64,000 bases of DNA from Felis catus (lineage: Eukaryota): NCBI RefSeq assembly GCF_018350175.1, contig NC_058368.1:200014001-200078000 (forward strand), read 5' to 3'. The position numbers and the translations under genes were made by a program. Numbering within the stretch: the stretch's first letter is position 1; every line of letters begins with the position of its first letter. The notes under the pieces were generated by a model. It made no database searches. It was not told where the DNA came from and saw only the letters and a program-made list of their open reading frames with translations. Shown here one piece after another: positions 26,334 to 39,234 of the stretch.

Positions 26334-26509
26334 CATTTTAGAAATATCTATATGTTATTCTTCTTTAAGTTCCTTTCTGCCTTAATATGCCTTACCAACA
26401 ATTGCAGAAAACCCACAGCATGCAATTTGTGACTGTTTTAGGCATGGGTAAATAAAGCAGTTAAACCTTAAAGATCTTCAGTATACGAAATCATAACTTT
26501 TTGACCTCT

Positions 26510-26543
26510 ATTTTTTTAAAATTTCATTTTAAAATTTATTTAT

Positions 26544-26594
<51 letters not shown>

Positions 26595-26761
26595 GTGAGC
26601 AGGGGAGGGGCAGAGAGAGCGAGGGAGAAAGAAAATCCCAAGCAGGCTCCAGGTGCAGAGGCTGAGAACAGGGCTGAAACTCACAAACAGTGAGATCATG
26701 GATCATGACCTGAGTTGAAATCAAGAGTCAGCTGCTTAACCTACTGAGCCACCCAGGGCCC
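26510..26761 (-). mobile_element. Can-SINE with expanded (GA)n
   Basis: Reverse body with a long (GA)n tract at 26547-26590. Confidence 0.88.
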
Positions 26762-27949
26762 TCATTCTTTTTTTTTTTTTTTTTTTTTTTTTTTGGCAGA
26801 GGGGGGATGCGCAAACTTCATTTGATCCTTTCTGCACTACTGACTGCCTTTTTGGTAAGTTGAAAAAGGTACAACTTGAATAGTCAGACAACTTCAGATT
26901 TTACACAACAACAAAAGGCAAACAACCTCTAAAAAGTTTGAGCTGGAGAGACATCACATAGGTCAAATAAGTGTAAAGGGCAGTGACAGTAGCTGGTAAG
27001 TTAAACCATTCACTGGCTGTAAAGCTGTTCAGAAGTCTCTACTGTTTGGATTACTGGACACTTCCTGAGTAGTAGAAAATGTTTGGATGAAAAGTCAGTA
27101 GCTCATAATTAACTCTCTTAATACCACCTCGCTATGTAAAAAGTTTTGCTTACTAATAATAATCCATTTCTCAGAGATCTTCATAAGAGGTAACCAGGCT
27201 TGAACATCCAAATCAGGGTAAACCGGCCAGGTAATTCCCGTTTTTAATGGCAAAATGCTGAATTAACTAGTACTCAGAAGCATGCCAGCAAAAAAGACAC
27301 TGAATATTGATGATATGCTAAACCCAACCATTAACCAAACCATTAATCAGGTCACTTTCTTTCCAATTTTCACCACTACAACTTCTCCCCTCAGTCAGTA
27401 ACTGGTAAAAAAGATCTGACTGTGGGTTAATCATTTGGAAAATCTTAGGAATGATATGATTCAACATTTTTCTGAATTGGATATAACTTTGTATTTCCAG
27501 TGTTTTTTTAAGTCCTCATGAAAAATACCTTTTATACACACGTAACAATACTATACTTTGCATTAAAAAATGGTCTGCTCTGTGACAGTTACAGAGTAAA
27601 GGCTCTCTATCCCTTTCTCCATTTCAAAAAGTTCCTCCTCATCCTTGACAGCAACAAAATGCAAAAATGCCCACCCTTGAGTAACCTGAGGGTAGGAACT
27701 TTGCATATAAATCAGGCGCCCTCTAGTTTCTTCCCTCCCGAGGAGGGGGGTTAGGAGGGGAAAGGCCATTCAGTAAAGTCCTAAAATACAGTGTAAACTG
27801 CCAAAACAAGTCTGTAGAGTCGCATCTACCTTGTCAAGTTTTCAGCGCTGTCTCCCTGCTACCACCGAGGGGGAAGGTTTTGAAACACATCAAAACGAGT
27901 AACGAAAACGAAACGCAGAAACTCCTTTCTGTACTCAGACCTGCCCAGA

Positions 27950-28900
27950 CTACCTGAGCGCCCCAAACTGGACCAGCGCTCCATCCACCCCTCTGGGCCA
28001 GAGCTCTCCGTCTCCCTCTACCCAAAAACCACAACAAGCCCGGAGCCCCGCGCGCAGATGCCCAGAGACAAGCAGGGTCGCTCACCGGTGAGGAGCCAGC
28101 AGCGGGCGACAGCCAGCCCTGGGCTGGCTTGGCGTCGGGGGGCCATGGCCCGAGAGCCCGCAGAGCCCGGGGACGCGCTGGATCGGCGGGCAGGACTCGG
28201 CGGGACTGGGAACGGAGCCGTGCGCTCAGGGCCACTCTACCGCCGCAGGTCTGCGTCCCGCCCCGGCCAGTCGCGGCGCGCAGAAGCCGAAGAGTGAATT
28301 TCCTGTGTTTTGGACGAATGACTCTGAGTCCTCTCCACGCTCCTCATATCCCAGACTTACTGCCCCATCGCCCGCCCCTTCGCGTGCTCGGTTTCTGAAA
28401 TCCCACTGGCAGTCTCCCAGGCTCTGTCTGAGACATGGACAAATAAAGCCAGCTTCGCGGGTTCGTGTTTAGGCTAAAGTCCACCAGCTACAAAGCAAAC
28501 CTTAAAGGGATATCTGCCTTTCATTGAGAGGGTGATGCCGCCCTCCGGCTAACTCCCTACGGTGGCAGGAAGGCGGGCGAGGGCTGGACCTTCGGAGGGT
28601 GTCGCCAGTGCAGTGGCCCCGCCTTCACACCCCTAACTTCTCCCCTGGGTCTGCTCCGGGAGAGTACTTTCAACGTGCCCGGGCTTCTCGGCCCTTAAGG
28701 GGAGGCTGCTTCCCTAGGGCCCGATTGCGCAGAAGGAATTCGACGGTCGCTGAGAGTGAGCAGGTCTGGTCTCCCCACCTCGCTTCCTGCGGACACTTGA
28801 ACTTCGCCGTGCTGTGGTCTGGCACTAAGCTGTGGATGTGGGAGGGGAGGGGGCGTCTACTCCCGCACGCCCCCACTGAAAGGGTTTTGCTTTCGTTTAT
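27950..28900. promoter_or_regulatory. ITGA1 CpG island / promoter and 5' UTR
   Basis: High GC and CpG surrounding the ITGA1 ATG. GC-box-like CCCGCCCC at ~28257 and ~28371; degenerate CArG CCTTAAAGGG at 28500-28509. Confidence 0.85.
28086..28146 (-). CDS. ITGA1: Integrin alpha-1, coding part of exon 1 (signal peptide MAPRRQASPGLAVARCWLLT + 1 nt, phase-1 donor)
   Basis: The minus strand reads gggccATGG (strong Kozak), 20 codons closely resembling the human ITGA1 N-terminus MAPRPRARPGVAVACCWLLT, then G|GTGAGC donor at 28085. It lies in a CpG island, and PELO is nested downstream as known for this locus. Confidence 0.93.
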
Positions 28901-30464
28901 GGAGGGTTTGCTTCGTTTGATCGTGGTTAAACGGTGGCTGCAGATAAACTTTTCTTTGGGAAGACTGATAAGTTGGAGAAAAGGAGAAGGAAACAAGAAT
29001 GGGAGAAAAAAGAAAAGTAACAAATGCAAGAGGGAAGAGGGAGGTTAAAGAAGGGAGGAAGACAGTCTCTTCAGAAACGGTATGTGTGTGGGCTATTTTG
29101 TTTAAGTTGAATGAGAATGTTTGTACACTGAGAACTGAATCTAATAAAGAACCTGGGGACTGTTTTATTTCTTCTTGCTGAAGACTTTTATAACTAGGAG
29201 TGCGTTACATCATGTTCATGGTACTCCATCCTCTCCCCCTCCCACTACTCCAGGGAACTAAAAATTGGGAAGTTAAGTTGACGGTTCAAAACGCTGGAGA
29301 ATGTTACCCCACCCTGGGAGACCCAGGCCAGAAAAAGCACTTAAGAATTTGCAATGATTCCCTTGCTTATCCTGTGAGTTGTACAGCCTCCCTGTTCAGA
29401 GCCACATCCACATGTTAGCTTCACTTGCTTTTTTTTTTTTTTTTTTTTTTTAAAGCAGCCCTGTCTTAATGGTTTTGAGAATTTCAAAGAAAGGGAAGGA
29501 GTGGATGAGTGGATTTGTGTTTACACCTGGTGCCTGGAATCCATTCTATTCCATTCCATTCAATTCAAAGCAGCTACCAATTGAGTATCTCTCTCTAGCA
29601 GGACTAGGGCTAGGCAGGACTAGAGTGCCACCCAAAGGAGGACTCTGCCTAGGACACAATACAGGTGACAGTATAGGTAACCCCGAGAGAAGGGAAGGGA
29701 GAAGCCACAGGGATGATTGGATAGAGTGCCACCAAACAGGATGACAGGGACTAACAGTTGGAAAAGACAATAAAGAAATTTAATGAAGATCAAAAAGATG
29801 GTCAGCCCTGAGATGATGAAAGCCATCAAATGTCAGTAACATGACCCATCAGCTAAGGAATTTTTCTCTAATTTATTTATATGAAATGATTACCTAGTTG
29901 AATATGTTAAAAATACTGCTTTTCCCTGTTTCCAACTTTCATATTTTCATTTCTTAGTCCTATTTTCAAAATATTTATTTATTGCACAAATAAGTCTCTG
30001 GAGAAAATCTCATGTTGAATCACAGTTCAAACTCATCAGACATTACTGAGGCCCATTGCCTATATTCAGTGATCTCGTATCCCAGTTGGGCTTTCCAGCC
30101 TATCTTCATTAACTGGTATCATCAACCTGCCTCCTTTTCCTGGGAAAGCCTTGCCAAGTAATTTCTACATTTCATCTCCCTGTCTATAGTCTTAGTTATG
30201 TCTTCTGCCTCAGTATGGCCCGTGAGGATTTGCACAATAATCAGTAAATACTGCTTAACTGATTAACCGATAAAAAACTGATAAGTGATTAATGTTTAGA
30301 CATTTAAAAATCATGATACATACTTTCCCCAAAATATCTCTTCAAATTTTTCTGTTTTCATAAACAATAGTGTGTGTATATATATGTAAACATATGTATA
30401 TACACACATATATATATGTGTATAGACATATACACATTTGGAGCTCTAGAAAATTACAATATTA

Positions 30465-30682
30465 TTTTTAAATGAATTTTTTATTCATTTTTGAAAGAGA
30501 GAGAGAGAGAGGGAGAGAGCACAGGTAGGGGAGGGGCAGAGAGAGAGGAACACAGAATCTGAAGCAGGCTCCAGTCTCTGAGCTGTCAGCACAGAGCCGG
30601 ATGCAGGGCTTGAACCCAGGAACCCTGAGATCATGACCTGAGCCAAAGTCACACACCTATCCGACTGAGCTACCAGGCACCC
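30465..30682 (-). mobile_element. Can-SINE
   Basis: Reverse body; TSD-like gaaaatta..atattatt. Confidence 0.88.
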
Positions 30683-30846
30683 TGAAAATTATGATATTAT
30701 TGAATTAGAAAGAAATAAAAAGAGAAATTATAAAATTCTATCTTATTGAAATAAAGTAGGGTTAAAACATGCTTGTATGATCAAGGCTATAATTATTGGG
30801 AACTTTAACTTTCTTAGGGGGTTAACAAATACTTTGAAATAAAAAA

Positions 30847-31055
30847 TTTTTTATAAAGTTTATTTATTTTTGAGAGAGACAGAGGCAGCATGAGTGGGGG
30901 AGGGGCAGAGAGAGAGGGATAGAGAGAATCCCAAGCAGGTTCTGCACTGTCTGCACATAGCCCCATGCGGGCTTGAACTCACAAAACCATGAGATCATGA
31001 CCTAAACCAAAACTAAGAGTCAGATGCTTAACTGATTGAACCACCCAGGCACCCC
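30847..31055 (-). mobile_element. Can-SINE
   Basis: Reverse body ending caggcacccc. Confidence 0.88.
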
Positions 31056-31699
31056 TTGAATTTAAATTTTTGAAAATCTTCTCTAAGACTTACAAACTAA
31101 TGGTGATAATCAGCACTACCAGTGCTGTGGTTAGTTTACTTCCATATGTGTTAGGAATCTTATGACAATATTTATTAATCTTCCTCATTTCACATCAATG
31201 CAAATATAGAGACTGAGAAAGTAGTTATTGCTGGAGAATTAAATTTAGATTCAGTGCTCATTTTCTGAACTTCAATAAATCTTAACACAAATCAATTTCA
31301 GGCAAGCTATTTTCTTAACTAATTTTATCCTGACAGGAAGACATGTTATTGAGTAAACTGAGGCTTAGAGAAGATAAAAACTAGGGTCACAAACTAATCA
31401 TTACATGGGGTCACTTGACAGCAAATGCTAAGCTCTAGACTTTGTACAATATACTCTTCTATTTTAAATGAGATCTAATATGATTAGATCCCTGTGACAA
31501 TTTGGAAATATGGGTGAAAATTAGAAGTACCCTGAGAGGTTAGAGACTGAACTGATTAAGAATTTAGAACACAGAGTCTATGAAATAAAGCAAAGTAATT
31601 GGGATTACTGGTTAGTATCTCAAAAAGAAAAACTTATACTTCATACAAAAGTATTCTCCTTAGAGGTAATCTAATATATTAAGTATAATTACTGGAGTA

Positions 31700-31915
31700 A
31701 GTAGGTTCTTGAGTTAAACTCCCTAGATTCATGTCAAGAACCACCATGTGGTAGCTGTGTGATCTAGGAAAAGTTATGTAGTTTCTGTGAGCCTCAGTTT
31801 TCTCAAACATAAAATGGGGATAAAATACTGCTTTTCTCTGAAGAATGTTATGAGGATTATATGAGATGAGCCCATGAAACATTTAGCAAAAATGCCTGGA
31901 TTACAGTAAATAGAA
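31700..31915 (+). mobile_element. MIR
   Basis: tagctgtgtgatctaggaaaagtta...tctgtgagcctcagttttctc...taaaatggggataaaa...tgaggattatatgagat. Confidence 0.75.
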
Positions 31916-32515
31916 ATGAATCATTCTTCTTCTTCCCAGTTGTAGGAGAATTAGAATTAGACAATGGGGACACAGGGCAGGGCCTGTGTGGGACGGGCCC
32001 TAAGGAAGTGATACCATTTGCTAGGCATCAAAAGGGAAGGTTAGTGTTTGGCCAAAATCATCTCTATCAACTCTAATCATTATTTCTGGAATGTTTACCT
32101 GAAATACTTACTTTGTATTAGGGAATTATCTTGAACATATCCCTATAAAATGGGTATACATTAAGAAATTAAAGCCCATTATGATATTAACAAGGATTTG
32201 CTTTTCAAATTAGCTACGTGTCAAGGGGATTTTTTAAAACAAGAAAAGAATATTTCACTAAGGAGTTGGAAATAGGAGAGGGTCTAGAGTTCTGATTCTG
32301 ATTTGGGTCAGTGTTCTTTGGTAGTTAGATCATGGGTTCTCAAAGCCACAGGATAAATAAGGTACTCCCACCCAGATAGAAGAGCAGTGTCAATTTTTAT
32401 TCAATCATAAATACTTTTTAAGTTGTTTTATGTTAAAATAACAGATTTTTATAAGAAAATATAAAATTACATTTTTAAAAAGTTAAATATGAGGTTTAAA
32501 ATACATTTTAGCATT

Positions 32516-32750
32516 GGGGCACCTGGATGGCTCAGTTGGTTAAGCTTCCGACTATGGCTCAGGTCATGATCTCACAGTTCCTGAGTTCAAACCCCGCATC
32601 ATGCTCTCTGCTGTCAGTGCAGAGCCCTTTTCAGATCCTCTGTCCCCTCTCTCTCTGCCCCTTCCCTGCTCACGGGCTTTCTCTCCCTCTCAAAAATAAA
32701 CAAACATTTAAAAATACATACATACATACATACATACATACATACATACA
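32516..32750 (+). mobile_element. Can-SINE with (TACA)n tail microsatellite
   Basis: ggggcacctggatggctcag head; tail followed by (taca)n. Confidence 0.9.
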
Positions 32751-33876
32751 TTTTAGAGTAGCATCAAATTGTACTTTCTTCCCTCCTTTCCACCTCAGAG
32801 GTGCTAAGGGTAGGTGGTATTGTCTAGAGCTGCTTTTGTTTTTACAAAGATTTCATAAAGATTCAGACTTTAAAAATTTTACTGTGTATGTATTCAGGGA
32901 GTTGCTTTCCAAGACAGTGATGCTAACTCACATGGGGAGCTTAGTTTATTTAGGTGAATAAGTTTTAAGTTCCTGTTGTGTACTGGACTCCAGCACTACG
33001 TTCTGCAGAGGCAAAAATCGGTAGAACACTTGTTTTTCTACTGAAAATCTGCTGTCCATTAATTTCTTTCACTTGTAACTAGGGACAGAAAACAAGCAGT
33101 TTTGGCCTCAATTATAACATTGCCATATTTCATCTTAAGCCTGTTAAATTAAACAGTCCAGTGAAATTACCATATTAGTTGTTGTTACTTCAACTTGAGA
33201 ACCCATGATTGCTTCTTCTGTGACCAAAACAAAGTCACAATGATGGGGAGCTTAAACTTCACCACCAACCAAACTTTTTCTTTTTTTTTGGTTATTGCAT
33301 AATGTTCTAGTGTGAATGTTTTTTCACTTAAAATATAAAATAGGTGTTCCTCCCACCCTATTTCCTGAACAAGTCTATGCCAGAAACTTGGTCCAAAGAC
33401 ATTTGGGCAACTGGTACTTAGGAAAAAAAAAAAAAAGGACTTTAGAATCCTGGTGAAGGGCAGTTCTTAACACTGTAGGAAATTTCCCTAAAACTTATTG
33501 GCAGACTTCAATGTGAGTGACATACGATGGCTGCCCTGGGGGAGGGGGTGTCAGGGTGGAGCCCTGGCAAGAATATTTAATTCATGGCACTCTGACTCAA
33601 AATAACCATCACTGATGAACAGTAATATTTTAGCTGCATAGCTGGATTTCTTAATTTGCAATGTGATTTAATTACTTTTTAAGCTATTAGGCAATTCTGG
33701 GATTATTTAGTTGATTTAATTACTTTCCCTGCACCAATATCTAAAGAGTTAAATCAGGTAGGTGGGCTCTAAAAATCTCAGAACTGAAACAAATAGAATA
33801 TTAGTTAGTAGTCAAAACCAAGTAGATTGATATTTCTTGTAATATGACTGGGTCACTAAATATACACATGAGAAAA

Positions 33877-33934
33877 TAATAAAAAATAAACACATCAAGA
33901 GATGTATCTAATAAAAAATAAATACATCAAGAGA
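33877..33934. repeat. 26-bp near-tandem duplication (1 mismatch)
   Basis: taataaaaaataaa(c/t)acatcaagaga at 33877-33902 and 33909-33934. Confidence 0.8.
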
Positions 33935-34084
33935 AAAGGAGTCCATTATTTGGCTCTGAAATAATAACACTTAAATAGCTTGTTTTTTAAATCATGTGGC
34001 TATTTTTCATCTGCTCTACTAGACCATAGTCTATACCAAGAGAGTCAATCACTCATTTTTATTGCCTGCAGCTTCTGCCCCATG

Positions 34085-34550
34085 TAATTCATTCATTCAA
34101 ACATTCAAACATTATGGTATGACTTCTGTGCAGTAGGAAGTCTTCTAGGCCTCTCAGGATTCAGAGATGTTGAAATGCTTGGTCCAATCCTCAAGAACAT
34201 TCACAAGATACCCAGAGATATGCATAGAATGATCTTCCTAATTGTGTCTGTTGAGGCCTTGAATAGAGCATAAAGTCAACAGGAAGAAAAAGACAGGGTT
34301 TCATAGAGATGGTGGTCCTGAAATGTGGCCTTGCAGGAAATGGGGAGGGGGTTTCACAGGTGGAGAAAAAGGATAATGGGCGTTCTAGGCAGAGGCAGCA
34401 TGAAATGGATGAGTAGAATGGAATAAAATTTAGGAAAGGCAAGTGAAGTTGTGACCAGATATGAAAGGATCTTAGAAGGATGCCAAGGTGTTTGGACTTC
34501 TTATAAGCATAGAATATTTTCATAGTTCTGAGTGACACATTCAACCATGT
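34085..34550 (-). mobile_element. L2 fragment
   Basis: cattcattca start, purine-rich body, gccaaggtgtttggacttctt motif. Confidence 0.55.
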
Positions 34551-35059
34551 TTTTTACTCTGTTTTAACTTTTTCCTCTCATATGTTTTCTGAAGTGGCAT
34601 AATTTACTCTAGTTTTTATAGTGCAGGAAATGAAATATATCAAAGCCATAAGGCATACTGTGAAATTTCTATTCCCTGAATTTTATGCAGTGCCTTCTTT
34701 AAGGAAATTTATCATTATTTATTATCAATAAATACGATCATATGTACTACTAAAACAAAGGTGGCAGTTTTGACATTTGTCTCTGACCAAAGACTAAAAA
34801 TAGTCTGGAAGAATAATCTTTGGTGTTCCTTCTAAAATTTGAAGAAGATGAAAATGAAACCACTATCATGATGCCTGAAGAACTTTTAGATACTCCAAAT
34901 GGACACCATAGAGTAGATATGTAAACATTAAAGATACACTGCCAATATTGGACATTTTAAGCTTTTTGGTCCCAAAGTTGGGGTGAAGGCAACCATGAAC
35001 TCATAATCATCCAAGTCTTTGTTCTGTGGGTTGTGGACTGATTTTAAAGACCCTGCACT

Positions 35060-35286
35060 GGGCACTTGGATGACTCAGTTGGTTAAGTGTTCAACTCTTG
35101 GTTTTGGCTTAGGTCATGATCTCGAGGCTTTGTGGGTTTGAGCCTTTGCACTGGGCTCTGTGCTGGTAGTGTGGAGCCTGCTTGGGATTCTCTCTCTCTC
35201 TTCCTCTCTCTCTGCCCCCACCCCCCACCCCACACTGTCTCTATCTCTCTTAAAATAGATGAAAAAAACTTAGAGAAAAAAAAAAG
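35060..35286 (+). mobile_element. Can-SINE (older)
   Basis: Head gggcacttggatgactcag; TSD-like ttaaag(a/g)ccctgca(c/t)tg. Confidence 0.88.
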
Positions 35287-35319
35287 TATTAAAGGCCCTG
35301 CATTGAAAAAGGAGATCCT

Positions 35320-35537
35320 GGGGCGCCTGGGTGGCTCAGTCGGTTGAGTGTCCGACTTCAGCTCAGGTCACGATCTCGAGGTCCGTGAGCTCGAGTCCCG
35401 CGTCGGGCTCTGGGCTCATGGCTCAGAGCCTGGAGCCTGCTTCCATTCTGTGTCTCCCCCTCTCTCTGCCCCTCCCCCGTTCATGCTCTGTCTCTCTCTC
35501 TGTCTCAAAAATAAATAAAAAAACGTTAAAAAAATTT

Positions 35538-35558
<21 letters not shown>
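35320..35558 (+). mobile_element. Young Can-SINE
   Basis: Perfect TSD aaaaaggagatcct (35306-35319, 35559-35572). Confidence 0.95.
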
Positions 35559-35568
<10 letters not shown>

Positions 35569-35913
35569 TCCTGGGGCTTGTCATGAAAGAGAGCCATAAT
35601 TAGGTGATTCCTCTCCAGGAAAGGAAAATGTAGGCAGCCAAGAAGATAGAGCCAGAGACTGGTAGTCAAAAGCCCACTAAAGCTGCCAGGGTAAAGCAAG
35701 AATGAAAAGCTAAGTGTGAGCAGGCAATGAAGATGGAAGCATTGTGGAACAAGGTTTGAACAAGAAGTCTCGGAAAACTCAAAAACAAAGACCATAAATA
35801 TCATAAATATCTGCTTGAGTTTTTCTTTTATGTGGGCTCAGAAGTGCTATAAGGGAAACAAGAGAAGAGTTTAAAGTACCTCCTATTTATTTGAGCCATA
35901 CAAAATAATAGGA

Positions 35914-36088
35914 TGGAGCATCTGAGTGGCTCTGACTCTTGATTTCAGCTCAGGTCATCATCTCACAGTTCATGGGATCAAGTCCCACATCAGGCTCTGC
36001 ACTGACAGCATGGAGCCTCTTGGGATTCTCTCTTTCTCTCCTTCTCTGCCCCACCCCTGCTCTCTCTCAAATAAATAAACTTTAAAAA
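35914..36088 (+). mobile_element. Can-SINE (diverged, internal deletion)
   Basis: gactcttgatttcagctcaggtcat...aaataaataaac. Confidence 0.8.
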
Positions 36089-37583
36089 GTAATGGGACAA
36101 GTAATTGGAATATTAGTGTATCAGTAAGGTTAATAAAAATGATAATAATAATTAAACAATTATATATTTATATTGCAGGGAAGAATTTCAGTCACAAAAA
36201 TAAGAAATATAAAAAAGGAAAACTATTTTTATGAGAATACATTTCTCTCTCAAGATCTCAATATATAAAGATATAATTCAGTGTTTCCCTCTCCTCTACC
36301 CCCATCCCCTGAGACTATTTTTTTAATTTAATTTAATTCCTGCTGAGAAGAAAAGAAAAATGGAAGAATATATGACCAAAAGAATGAGTTTTCATTTTCA
36401 CAGGAACTATAGAAAGTTGTTGAATTCCATGGGTGCAAAAAGAGTCATACAGGATATAAGAATGGAGAGAAACTGGTGGATCCTGAGATGGAGAAACTGG
36501 ACTTAGAGCTTCTAAAAAGATAAGGGTGGAAAGCATTCAGACATGGCCCAATCCATATTTAAAGCAGCACTTTAGCAGCTGCGCAGGAGCCTCTTCAGTG
36601 CCTCTCTACTATCCATGGACCTAGTTGCTGTTGAGTAAGCAGAATATATCATCCATACCAGGACCACCAACCATAGCCAGCTATTGTGCTCGTCTGGGGA
36701 TGGCTTGAGTCAATCCACATGTGACTACCTATGAACACAACATCATTGTCAATAGGAGAAACATTTGTGGAATTATGAAGTACTGCACCTCCAAATATCC
36801 ACTCCCCCATATAAGTCATGAGAACATTGGCAAAAATGGTCAAAATCAACTTTTTCAAAATTCTGAAATTAAACAAAGAGTTGCAAGAATTTTTTTAAGT
36901 TAAGAAAGATAGCTAAATTTCAAAAAACAGCAAATTCTTTGAGAAAGATAAATAAGAGGTTCAGAGATCTGTGGGACACCATCAAGTGTACCAACATATA
37001 TGCATGATGAACACCCTAGAGAAGAGAGAGAAAGGGGCCCAAAAAGCATATTTGTGGAAATAATGTTTGGAACCGTTCCAAATTTGGTGAAAACTTTTAA
37101 TATTCATATCCAAGAAGCTTAATAACCCAGAGTAAGACAAATCCAAAGAGTGCCGCACCTTGACTCATCATAGTCAACTGTCAAAAGCCAAAGAGAAAGA
37201 GAGCATAATGAAAGTGGGAAGAGAAAAGTACACATCATGTACAAAGGATTCTCAATAATATGTACTGCTGACTTCTCTTCAGAAATGGTGAAGACCAAAA
37301 TGGAGTAGGATGACATATTCTAATTACTGAAAGAAAAGAGACTATTAATCATACCCAGCAAGACTATCATTCAAAAATGAAAGAGAAATTTAGATATTCT
37401 CACTTACAGAAATACTGAGACAAGTCGTTGCTAGCAGAGCTACCTTACAAGATATACTAAAGGAGTCCTTCATTCTGAAATGAAAAGATACTAGGCAGGA
37501 ACTCAAATTTACATGAAGAAATAAAGAACACCAGTAAGGATAATTACGTATGTAACTGCGAAAGAAAATATAAACACATTACA

Positions 37584-37796
37584 ATTTTTTTAATGTTTAT
37601 TTATTTTTGAAAGAACGAGACAGAGCACAAGTGGGGGAGGGGAAGAGAGAGAGAGGGGAAGACACAGAATCTGAAGCAGGCTCTTGGCTCTGGGCTGCTG
37701 GCACAGAGTCTGATGTGGGGCTCAAACTCAGAACTGTGAGATCATGACATGAGCCGAAGTTGGATGCTCAAGGGACTTAGGCACTCAGGTGCCCCT
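37584..37796 (-). mobile_element. Can-SINE inside old L1
   Basis: Reverse body ending caggtgcccc. Confidence 0.88.
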
Positions 37797-38933
37797 CCTT
37801 TCTTTTATCATTTTCAAAAGATAATTATGTGAGAGCAATAATTATAAAACTATACTGATGGGCTTGTAATTAATAAGATGGAATTTGTATAACAATAGTA
37901 GCACAAAAGAAGGGAGGAAGTGGGAATATATTGGAGCAAAGTTTTGTATACTACTGAAATTGATTTCAACTAGATTGTTTTAAGATGCTAATTTATTTTT
38001 ATTATTATTTTTTAAGTTTGTTTATTTTGAGTGAGGAGAGACCATGCTCATAAGCCAGCAAGGCAGGGGCAGAGAGAGACAATCCCAAGCATGCTCCTGG
38101 CTGTCAGGGAAAAGCCCTCAATGCTGGGCTCAGGGCTTGATCCCATGAATTGTGAGCCACCCAGGCTTCCTCTGAAGATGCTAATTGTAATCATCAGGGA
38201 AACTGAAGAAAATAATTAAAAGAAAAAAAGTAAAAGGAAACACAAGGGAATTACCATGGTATGGTATAAAATATCTTTAACAACAACAACAAAGGCAGTA
38301 ACGGAATAATGAGGGAAGTTTCCTTACATCATATAGAAATTAACTTAAAGGAAATCAGAAGCCTAAATGTACAAGCTAAAACTGTAAAACATACAGGAGA
38401 AATATAGCAGTAAATCTTTATGACCTTGAGTTAAGTGACGGTTTCTTAGATATAACACCAATAGCACAAGTAATAAAAGAAAAAATAGATAAACTGGATC
38501 TTATCAAGTTTTAAACCTTTGTGCTTCAAATGACACTATCAAGAATATAAGAAGACAACCTACAAGATAAGAGAAAATATTTATCAATCATAAATCTGAT
38601 AAAGATCTAGTACCCAGAGTATATAAAGAACTCTTACAGCTCAACAATAAAAAAAAAAAAACACACACACAAGAAATAACCCAATTAAAAAATAGACAAA
38701 GTCTATAAATACGCATTTATATAAAGAAGAGATTAACATAATCAATAAGCACATGAAACGATGCTAAACATTAGTTACTGGAAAACACAAGTAAGATACT
38801 ATCTTACACCCACCAAGATGATTATGTTAGCTAAGTGTTAGCAAGGACATGGAAAAATTAACACTCTCATGGCCTGTAAAATGGTGCAGTCAGTTTGGAA
38901 AATAGGAATTTCCTCAAAGAAGTTAAACACAGA

Positions 38934-39160
38934 GGGATGTCTGAGTGGCTCAGTCTGTTGAGCGTCTGACTTTAGCTCAGGTCATGATCTCACGGTCTGT
39001 GGGTTCGAGCCCCGCGTGGGGCTCTGTGCTGACAGCTCGGAGCCTAGAGCCTGCTTCCGATCCTGTGTTTCCTCTCTCTCTGCCATCTCTTCCACTCTCA
39101 TTTTGTCTCACTCTGTCTCTCAAAAATAAATAAATGTAAAAAAAAATTTAATAAAAAAAG
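38934..39160 (+). mobile_element. Can-SINE inside old L1
   Basis: TSD-like aaagaagttaaaca(c/t)aga. Confidence 0.9.
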
Positions 39161-39206
39161 AAGTTAAACATAGAGTTCCCTTATGATTCAACAATGTTAC
39201 TCCTCA

Positions 39207-39234
39207 GTGTGTGTGTGTGTGTGTGTGTGTGTGT
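39207..39234. repeat. (TG)n microsatellite
   Basis: Directly visible. Confidence 0.95.

Larger units (their letters stand above)
1..28085 (-). other. ITGA1: ITGA1 intron 1 (partial; exon 2 lies beyond the left edge of the window)
   Basis: Starts at the GT donor at 28085. I found no sequence encoding the expected FNVDVKNSM-type exon 2 in the window. Confidence 0.8.

Noticed and set aside
27834..29048. 80-150 aa ORFs over the ITGA1 CpG island
   Set aside because: Mostly non-ATG starts in GC-rich sequence; only the 61-nt signal-peptide exon matches a known protein.
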